Source: Ginglymostoma cirratum (taxonomy: Eukaryota). From it: 64,000 nt of DNA. The stretch is taken from positions 45,665,433 through 45,729,432 of the forward strand of contig JAHRHZ010000013.1 of NCBI GenBank assembly GCA_024137785.1, given 5' to 3'. The notes under the pieces were generated by a model. It was not told the origin of the DNA. It ran no database searches and saw only the letters and a program-made list of their open reading frames with translations. Position 1 is the stretch's first letter, and every line of letters begins with the position of its first letter. Positions 1 through 64,000 of this stretch are shown one piece after another. The position numbers were made by a program, and so were the translations under genes.

Positions 1-20
1 TCATTCATTCATTCATTCAT
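1..20. repeat. (TCAT)n microsatellite
   Basis: tcat x5 at the window edge. Confidence 0.8.
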
Positions 21-392
21 GAGAAATACATTAATTCTATAGCACAAAAACTGGTAAAGAACTGTACTGAAAAAGAAACTATTTATGTTTATTTCTAATA
101 AATGCAGAAAATTCTTTTTAGAGGTCAAGTTTTCCACAGTGTGATTGCTGTCAAATTCCTATGTAGATTTCTTGTGAACTGTTTTCTGTGTTAATTTAAA
201 TACTCCCACAAGATTGAGGCAAAACAAGATTTTCTTCAGACAAAAGACATATGCAATATATGCAAATTTGTAACTGACCTACTTAAATTTCTGAAACATA
301 TAACAATTGCAGCAGCTATCATATTTTTGAACTTTTCATTTTGCAGGGTGCCAATATTTCTGTGTGAAAACAGAGTACCTCCAAACATCAGA

Positions 393-55063
<54,671 letters not shown>

Positions 55064-55661
55064 TGATAGAAGAAAGCATATTAGACACTGACGTAAGAAA
55101 TGGCACACTGATTGTTCCAGTCTAAGAGCAAATGCTGCAATCATAAATATAAAGGAGAAATCCAATGTAGGAACTTATAACTGTTCCTCAAACGCCCTAT
55201 ATTTTGCTTAGTTGTTTTTAAGAAATAGTAAGTAAATTAACATTTAAATGTTTTTTAGAAAATCAAAATGCTGGAAACCTGAAATAAAAAGAGAAAATGC
55301 AAGTCGTACACAGCAGGTCTAGCAGAATCTATGCATAAAGTTACCGAATGGAATTTCTTCCCTAAAGGGCATTGAAAAAGATGGATTTTCAGGACAATCA
55401 ATGATAGTTGTTACATAGACAGTTACTAGCTTTAATCCAGCCCATAGTTGGCTGGGAAGTATGTTGGGTAGGGTAAGTGCAGTGTAGTTACCCATTCACT
55501 GTCCCACCTCTCTTTGCCCCCACCCCCAATATATCACATTAAGTGATCATGATCGGGATGGAAAGTGTTGAGGATGACCCTTGCCTTGTGCCCAAAGTTG
55601 GACAGGAAGTGACCAATTAAGGGCCACCTCGTGGCTTCATTCCACTACTGCAGCTATTCAA

Positions 55662-55814
55662 GATGTGGAGGTACCAGAGTTGGACTGGGGTGGACAAGGT
55701 TAAAAAAATCACATGACACCAGGTTATAGCCCAATAGGTTTATTTGAAGACACAACCTTTCAGAGTTTTGCCTGAAAGAGCAAGATTTCAAAAGCTTGTG
55801 TCTTCAAATAAATA
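55662..55814. mobile_element. Short PLE-derived element (same family as 12057) with partial hairpin
   Basis: aaaatcacatgacaccaggttatagcccaataggtttatttgaagacaca...tgtgtcttcaaataaa; TSD tgcag(c/a)tattcaa at 55649-55661/55815-55827. Confidence 0.75.
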
Positions 55815-55869
55815 TGCAGATATTCAACCAAGTGGGCCAGCTATCAGACAAATGTCAACTAGTATGAAG

Positions 55870-56090
55870 AGGCAGGAACATAATGGTAATATCACTGGCG
55901 TTATAATCTCTTGCCCAATTTAATGCTCTGGGGCATGGGTTCAAATCCCATCATGGTGCTAATGGAATTTAATTAATTAAGCTGGATTAAAGCTGGTCAC
56001 TGTCTACGCAACAACTATCATTGATTGTCATGAAAACCCATCTGTTTCAATGCCCTTTAGAGAAGAAAGTCTGCCGTTCTTACTAGCTTA
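55870..56090 (+). mobile_element. tRNA-derived SINE, degenerate
   Basis: gggttcaaatccca B box; aaaacccatctg core. Confidence 0.65.
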
Positions 56091-56169
56091 TCACTTCTCA
56101 TATCACTTTTTTGCTTCTTCTATTATTTACTTTAAATCTATGCTTCCTGGTTCACAAGTGGGAACATTT

Positions 56170-56985
56170 ATAACAAAGACCAGTACAGTACAGGAACAGG
56201 CCCTTTGGCCCTCCAAGCCTGTGCTGATGCACTTTGCCCTTTCATACTAAAACTGTCTTCACTTACAGGATCCCTCTATTCCCTTACTATTCGTGTATTT
56301 ATCCAGGTGCTTCTTGAATACTGCTATTGTGTCTGTTTCCACCACCTCCTTTGGCAGCATGGTTCCAGGCACTCACCATCTTTTGCGTGAAAAACTTGCC
56401 TCACACATCTCTCTTAAACTCCCTTTCCCCACACCAACTCACCCCACCCCGCCCCGCCCACACCTTGAACCTGTGTCCCCTAGTAATTAGCCCTTCCACC
56501 CTGGGAGAAAGCCTCATACTTTTCAGTCTATCCATGCCATTCACAATCTTATAGACTTCTATTAGGTCACCCCTCAACCTCCTGTGTTCCAGTGAAAACG
56601 AACCCAGTCTATTCAACCTTTCTTCATAGCTAAAATTCTCCACACCAGGCAACATCCTGGTTAACCTTTTCTGTACCATCTCCAAAGCATCCACATCCTT
56701 CTGGTAGTTGGGTGACCAGAACTGCGCAATATTCCAAGTGTGGCCTAACTAGTTCTATAAAGCTACTGCATAACTTGCCTATCCTTATAGTCAAAGCCCC
56801 TTCCAATGAAGGCAAACATGCCGTAGGCCTTTTTTACTACCTTGTCTACAAGAGCGTCCATCTTTCGTGATCTGTGGACCTGCACACCAAGATCTCTCTG
56901 CATATCAATACTCCTAAGGGCTCTGCCATTCATTGTATAATTTCCACGTGTGCTTGACCTTACAAAAATGCATCATCTGACATGA
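56170..56985 (-). mobile_element. CR1-type LINE 3' fragment (close to the 3270-6250 copy)
   Basis: DALEMVQKRLTRMLPG...RRLRGDLIEVYKI. Confidence 0.9.
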
Positions 56986-58021
56986 CCTATTTACTTTGTC
57001 CAGACTTACCATAAATTTGGATGCTTCATGTATATCTCCTTTCAGTCTCCTCTTCCCAAAGCCAGTTTCTTTAATCTACCTTCATAACTGAAATTCTTCA
57101 TCCCTGGAATTTTTTTTATAAATTATAATTATAAATTATATTTAAGAATCTTAAATTCTTTTTCACTCGCTCTAATGTGTTCACATTCTTCCTAAAATGT
57201 GTCCAGAAGTCAACACAATACTTCAGCTGAGGACGATCTAATGTCGTGTCTTAGTTCAACATAACTTGCTTGCTGTTGTATTCTATGACCTGTTCATAAA
57301 GCCTGCAATGCTGTATTCTTTACAAACTCTTCTCTCAATCTGTCCTGCCACTTCTACTGGCTTATGCACATATACACGCAGGCTTAACTGCTCTTGCGCC
57401 CTTTTTGGAATTATATCTTCTATTTTATTTTGTCTCTCCATGCTTTCCCTATCAAAACCTTACACTTCTCTGCCTTGAATTTCATCCACCACCTATCCAC
57501 CCACTCCACCAATGGTCTACATAGAAACATAAAATATAAGAGAAGATGTTAGACCATTTGGCTCTTCGAGCCTGCACTGTCATTTAGTATAATCATTGCT
57601 GATCATCCAACTCCGTACCCTGTCCTTGCTTTCTCCCCATACCCTTTGATCCCTTTAGCTATAAGAACTATATCTATCTCCTTGAAGATATTCAATGTTT
57701 TGGCTTCAACACCTTGCTTTGGCAGAAAATCCCTCAAGCTCACCACTCTCTGGGTGAAGGAATTTCACCTCATCTCAGTCCTAAATGGCCTACATCACAT
57801 TCTTAGGCTAGGTCATCAGGAACATTCTTCCTCTGTTTTCTCTGTCTAGTTGTGTTAGAATTTTATAGGTTTCTACAAGATCTCCCCTCATTCTGCATTA
57901 CTCCATTGAATATATTCTTAACCAATCCAGTCTCTTGTTATTCCTCCATACTACCATCTCAGAAGTTAGTCTGGTAAACCTTTGTTGGACTCTCTCCACA
58001 GCCAGAACATCATTCTTCAGA

Positions 58022-58380
58022 AATCAAAGAATCATCATAGAATCCCTACGGTGTGGAAACAGGCCATTCAGTCCAACAAGGCTACATCGACCCTCCAAAG
58101 TACATCCCACCCAGCCCCATCCCCCTCCCCATTCCTGTAACCCTGCATTTCCCATGGCTAACACACCTAACCTACACATCCCTGAAAACTGTGAGTAATT
58201 TAGCATGACCAATCCACCTAACCTGCACATCTTTGGACTGTGGAAGGAAACTGGAGCACCCGGTGGAGATCCACACAAACACGGGGAAGAATGTGCAAAC
58301 TCCATTCCACGCAGACAGTCGCCCAAGGGTGGAATCAGACTCCGGTCCCTGGTGCTGTGAGGCAGCAATGATAACCACTG
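58022..58380 (-). mobile_element. HE1-type SINE nested in CR1
   Basis: catctttggactgtggaaggaaactggagcacccgg...ggtgctgtgaggcagc. Confidence 0.88.
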
Positions 58381-58817
58381 GGTGAGGGGACCAAAACTGC
58401 ACACAATACTCTAGGTCTGGTCTCACCAAGCACTTGTACTATTGTGGCAATTGTCCTCTTGAATTTCTAATATACGTCCTTTAGAAGTTCTAAACCATAC
58501 CCCTCACAGTTTACAATGCTTCCAAGCTTCATATCTTCCACAATTTTGTAATTCTGATCTATTCTCAAGTCTAAATAATTAATATATCAGCGAAAGTAAG
58601 GGTCCCAACACAGACCACTGGGAAACCCATACAAACTTTCTTCCTTCCCAAGTAAAGTCCATGAACTTTCCATACTGATCCTTCTTTTCCATTAGTTCTA
58701 ATTTTGATCATGTCTAATGTGTGACACTATATCAAATGCCTTCTGGAAGTCCATGTATACCACTTCAAAACATTGGCTGGTCAACCCTTTCTGCTGTCAG
58801 GAATCAGTCTGGTAAAT

Positions 58818-59155
58818 GGCGGTACAGTGGTACAATGGTTAGCATTGCTGCCTCACTGCATTAGGGACCTCGCTTCGATTTCAACCTTGGGCAACTATCT
58901 GTGTGGAGTTTGCATGTTCTCCTCGTGTATGCATGGGTTTCCACTTTGCTCCGGTTTCCTCCCACAGTCCAAAGATGTGTAGGTTAGCTAGATTGGCCAT
59001 GCTATATTGCCCAGAGTGCCCAAGTTAGGGGAATTAGTCGTGTGAAGTGCAGGGCTAAGAGGACAGTGTTGGTGGAATGCTCCTCGGAGGGTCAGTGGGG
59101 ACTTCATGGGCTGAACAGCCCACTTCTACACTGTAGGGATTCAATGATTCTATGA
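58818..59155 (+). mobile_element. HE1-type SINE
   Basis: ggcggtacagtggtacaatggttagcattgctgcctcac...cccacagtccaaagatgtg...gggattcaatgattctatg. Confidence 0.88.
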
Positions 59156-61299
59156 AAACTGCACACAATATTCAATACCTGGTGGTCTAACCGAGGCCCT
59201 GAACAATTGCAGCAAGACATTGCTCCTATACTTAAATCCTCTTGCTATGAAGACTAACATACTAGTTGCTTACTTCACTGCCTGTTGCACCTGCATGCTT
59301 GCTTTCATCAACTGGTGTACAAGGACACCCACGTTTCGCTGCACCTCCCCATCAATTGCCATTCAGATAATAATGAATCTGCCCATCTTTGCTACCAAAG
59401 TGGATAAAGTCACATTTATCCACATTATGCTTCATCTGCCATGCATTTGCCCACTCTTTCAACTTATCCAAATCACACTGAAGCATCTCTATCTTCCTCA
59501 CAGTTCACTCTTCCACCTAGCTTTAACCCCTATCTCCACTTCAACTGATATCTCATCAAATATCCTCTTTCTTTTCAGCAGATCAAAGTACTCAATAAGT
59601 ACCTTGGCTTTGCCCTGCATTTGTAAGCATATATCACCTTCTTTGTCCTTAAAATGCATCACCTAGCTCTTACCACCTGCTGACTATTTACATGCCTTTT
59701 ATGTTAGCTGCTATTCTATGTCTCATTCTCTCTTTTCCGATCTTATTTTCCTATTTGCTACTCCTCTCACCTAATTGTATTTGGCCTAGTTCTCACTAGA
59801 ATAATTTACCTGACATGCAACTTACACTTTTTTTTACATTTCATCATTTAGCACATCTTCCACAGCACCTAGCTTTGGTTCTCCTGGAATTCTGACTTGT
59901 TGAAATGTACCTAGCTGGTACACCAACCATCTCTTCCTTGAAAACTAGCTTGTTCTATTGAACATTGGTTCAATTTTACCCTTGTTGGAATACTTTTCAT
60001 CCCTTTGAAGTTAGCCACTTCCACTTTGGGAATTGTACTTTGTATCCTCAATTTATACAAGAGGGAATCTTTAATACCTCCGTTTGTTATCTCTCTAGAA
60101 TGAAACAATAGTTATGAAATAGTGCTTTACGCTACGATAATAGCTGCTTTGACTTTGTGACTGATTCTTTTGGTTATGTTTCACCATAACATCCTATGTG
60201 TAAGCATTTTCCAAGAATTAAAAGCTAGATGCAGTCAAATGACATTAAAAAGAGAACAAAGTGGAACAAAAAAAAATTGTACGTGATGAACCTCAAGATT
60301 GAAAAAGCAGCCAGGAATATCATGAAGCTAGCTTCAATTTACAGAACATCGAAAAGAAAGTCCTAAAATGCGATGGCAAGCAATATCTCCATATATAAAA
60401 TTATGTAAAGAGAATTTACTACTATTTATTTTCACTAGCAATACAATAGAATATTCGATTTCAAGCACATTTATTGAAGAAAGTTAGGAACTGGATTTCC
60501 CTCATGAATTTCCATTTGAAAGGAGAAAACTAAACCTAATTACTTAAGCACCCCTTCCAAGTGAAGAAGAAATCATTAGTAATTAAGAAATAATTTGATT
60601 ATGTTGTGAATCTTGTGAATAGAGAGCTATCAGACCTCATTTCAGGAAAATAATGCAGCCAGATATCTATTTATGCTCGTTATTTCCGTATAAATTGGTT
60701 TCAGGCAGAAATTAAGATGCAAAATTTTGATAATGAGGTTTGCACATTTCAAGCCGCCAGAGCGTTGCTCAAATTGCACAGAAATAGATGAGAGAAGGAG
60801 GCAATGGGGCTCAGCATACTTGGATATTGAGGTGGAAAATCAGCCAGTGTGCCTGCTCCTGATTGCGATTTAACAATTGTAGCTCAGAGCACACATTGGT
60901 GACAAGATCAAGCTTACTTGTGATGTCCCTGTTGTTAATCAATCTGTCACCATGCACTGCAAAGCCAATAAATGAACAATAACCTTTGGATGAGGCACTG
61001 AAAGCTAGCTACTACTTTCAAAAGGGAATGGTGTACAGATGAAAATGATGAATCAGCCAAGAATATAAATTTTTTTTTAAAGAAAAGGACTTTTAGACAT
61101 ATAGGCCCTGTTTTTCATTCCCAGGTTGGGAGCGTAGAGGTGGGAGAGTTCCCAGCCCTGTAAACCGGATCCAGGAAAATTATTAACCTGGAAGGTTGAA
61201 TTTTCATCTGGGGTGGTAGATTCTTTAAGAGAAGGACAAAATGACTCAGATCAAGGGTAGAGACTACTGGCTGTAGATGTGAGCTGCATTTAAAGTTTG

Positions 61300-62700
61300 C
61301 CTTCATGCTCAGTTTAATTTATTCTAGTTTATACTCAAGTAATTAAAGCCCCCCATTATAACAACTCTAAAACATTAGCGCCTCTCTAATTTCTCTGCAA
61401 ATCTGTTCTTCTACATTCTTCCCACTAGTTGGTGATCTATGGACTACACTGAGCAATGTCATTCCCTTTTTTTTGCTACTAAGCTGTATCCAGTTTGATT
61501 TTGTCCTTACCAGCTCTTCCTCTTTCTCTTTCTCCAGCAGTGCTCATGTCCTCCTTTTCTTCTTTTCTTGCCTTTTCTGAACACCTTGTATCCAGGAATT
61601 AACACCTGATACTGCGCTTTTTTGAGTCAAGTCCCTGTCATCCCACAACATCATAATTCCACATGACAATCTGCACCTGTAACTGACCAACCTTATTTAC
61701 TATCCTCACTGTATTCAGACACGTATGTGGTAACTCTGATTCAGACTTCATTACTTTCTCCCTTACTGCACCAGTTCAATTTCTGAAGAATCAAAAATGC
61801 TCTCTCCTGCACCATCTTTATAGCTACACATTCTGTTTTATCTTCCTATTTCTGTACTCACTTGCACATGGGTCTGGGAGTAATCAGACTTTTGAGGTCC
61901 TATTTGCTAATCATTTTTTCCGTGTTCCTTAAATTCTGACAGCAGGCAACATCCTACCTCCTACACAAGTCATTGGTACTAACATGGACCATGACGTCTG
62001 TCTGTTCACCTTTCCTCAAAAGAATGTCCCACAACCACTGTGTGATATCCTTGACCCTACCATCAGGAAGGCAACATACCATCCTGGAGTCAAATCTACA
62101 GCTGCGGAGATATCCACCTGTTCCCTAACTAGTGAATCCTTAATTGCTATTGTATTTCCTTTCTTCTTTCTACCCTCTTATACTGTTAAGTCACTGATGG
62201 TGTCACTAATGTTGCTCTGACTGCATTCCTCTGAATAACCAATACCTTCACCAGTAACTACAATGGAAAAGTGATTAGCAAGCAGGACCCTTGTTCCAAT
62301 TCTGAGGAAAGGTCACCGGACCCAAAACATTCACTCTGTTTTTCCCTCCACAGATGCTGCCAATCCTGCTGGGCTTTTCTAGCAGCTTTGATTTTGTCCC
62401 TTGCTCTACCAGTTTTGTTCTCGCAGGCTATTTGGCAGACAGCCATTCCCTATCTGCCCTAATACCCAGCTTGTATGAACGTTTCTCTGAATGTACTATC
62501 CATGTTGTCCTCAGCCTTGCAGATGTGCCATAGTGACTCTACTTTCAAGCTCCAAATCCTGCTGCAGCAGGCAGCACCTCCTGCATGTGGTTGTCTGGGT
62601 CACCAGTAGTGTCCATGACTTCCCAAAGTTTTTGATAGAGAATTTTTTTTCGAACCACCTTCTGCTGTAAAATTATCTTACAATTTCCCTTTGAATTATT
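61300..62700 (-). mobile_element. Old CR1-type LINE 5' region (ORF1 and endonuclease relics), with short PLE-derived insert at about 62300-62400
   Basis: Degenerate reversed CR1 ORF1 motifs (gtcattggtactaacatggaccatgac; caggaaggcaacatacc); insert tctgaggaaaggtcaccggaccc. Confidence 0.6.
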
Positions 62701-62739
62701 TTCTAGTTATATTACATGTAGGCCTCTACTTCTTTCACA

Positions 62740-63400
62740 GAATCACAGTCATACAACGCGGGAGCAGATCCTTTGGTCCAACCAGTCCATGCCGAATATA
62801 ATCCCAAACTAAACTAGTCCCACCTGCCTGCTCCTGGTCCAAATCCCTGCAAACCTTTCCCATTCATGTACTTATCTAAATGTCTCTTAAACATTGTAAT
62901 TATACCCCCATCCACCACTTCCTCAAGAAGTTCATTCCACATGCAAATCACCCTCTGTGTAAAAAACAACTTGCCCCTCATGTATTTTATAAATTTCTCT
63001 CCTCTCACCTTAAAAACATGACCCCTAGTCTTGAAATCCCCCATGCTAGGGAAAAGACAACTACTATTAAGTCTATCTAGACCACTCATTATTTTATAAA
63101 ATTCTATAAGGACTCCTCTCAACCTCCTACCCCAAGTGTAAAATGTCCCAGCCTATCCAGTCTTTCTTTATAACTCAAAACATCCAAACCCAAAAATATC
63201 CTGGTAAGTCTCTTCTGAACCCTCTCCAGCTTCAAAATATCCTTCCTAAAAATGGGTGATCAGAACGGGACACAGTATTCCAGAAGAGGCCTCATCAATG
63301 TCCTGTACAACCTCAACATGACTTCCCAACCCCTATACTCAAAGGACTGAGCAATAAAGGCAAGTATGCCAAACGCCTTTTTAACGATCCTATCTATATT
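62740..63400 (-). mobile_element. CR1-type LINE 3' fragment
   Basis: RGVLIEFYKIMSGLDR...FFTQRVICMWNEL. Confidence 0.9.
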
Positions 63401-64000
63401 TCATCTGATATTACAAAAAATTGCAAAGAATATACAGTAAAAAGCCAACCCTGAAAACTACATGTCACCGCTATTGTTTATGATTCATAAGATACCCCTC
63501 TCACTCAACTTCATCCATTTTCTTTCAACATATCTGCCTAATCCTTTCTTCTTGTGTTTAATTACTTTCCCATTATATGTATCTATGTTATTCCCTCAAC
63601 GACATGTGTTAGGGAGTTCTATTTTCTAGCTGCTTTTTTAACCAGAAATCTTTAGAATTAACTTGTGGTATTGTTATTGTGGCTATGTTATATCTATGGC
63701 CCTAATTTTAGTTTCTCCCATAAGAGGGCATATCCCTAACTCTTTCGTTTTTGACAAAACCTCTGCCAGGTCAAGTTTAACTTCTCTTTTCTAGAGAAAA
63801 GAATCCCAATTTATTCAATCTTTCCTGATTAATAAAGCTTCTTAGTTCTTGTATCATCCTTACAAATCTTTATGTATCTTCTGCAATGCCTCTAATATAT
63901 TTTATATAAAGTGGCAAACCAGAGCTCTAATCAAAGTTCTAAATAAGTTTAGCACAATGGCACAAACTGTCTTTTAGAGATGGAAAAGAATGCTCAGACC

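Larger units (their letters stand above)
57030..59830 (-). mobile_element. Cluster of nested CR1-type LINE fragments
   Basis: Several reversed CR1 tails and RT pieces (VRPDLEYCVQFWSP; aaatgccttctggaagtcc). Confidence 0.75.

Noticed and set aside
59220-59666. 148-aa + strand ORF
   Set aside because: Antisense reading of CR1 RT debris
60705-60873. Phase-compatible 56-codon candidate last exon with downstream AATAAA at 60967
   Set aside because: Weak pyrimidine tract, no PCBP similarity, and its 3' half appears to overlap an old SINE-like repeat

Overview
This is eukaryotic vertebrate DNA, most likely a shark or other elasmobranch (inferred from the HE1-type SINE, CR1/HER1-type LINE and Penelope repeat content). 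The window holds 11 coding exons (393-55029, + strand) of a poly(rC)-binding protein gene, PCBP3-like, with three KH domains. The 5' leader exon(s) and probably the last coding exon lie outside the window. The introns are dense with mobile DNA: a young Penelope-like element (PLE; RT + GIY-YIG, inverted 3' arm, 14-bp TSD), a decayed Gmr1-type Gypsy LTR element with PR-IN-RT order and a tRNA-Pro PBS, hAT and Harbinger transposase relics, and many CR1/L2 LINE and tRNA-SINE fragments. There is a 400-N gap. The most notable unexplained layer is a set of more than 10 short PLE-derived insertions carrying minimal hammerhead-ribozyme cores with palindromic stem III. Two near-identical intact cores lie on the sense strand of the first intron. 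Repeat boundaries are by eye and approximate unless a TSD is given. Family and paralog comparisons come from recalled sequences, not from searches.
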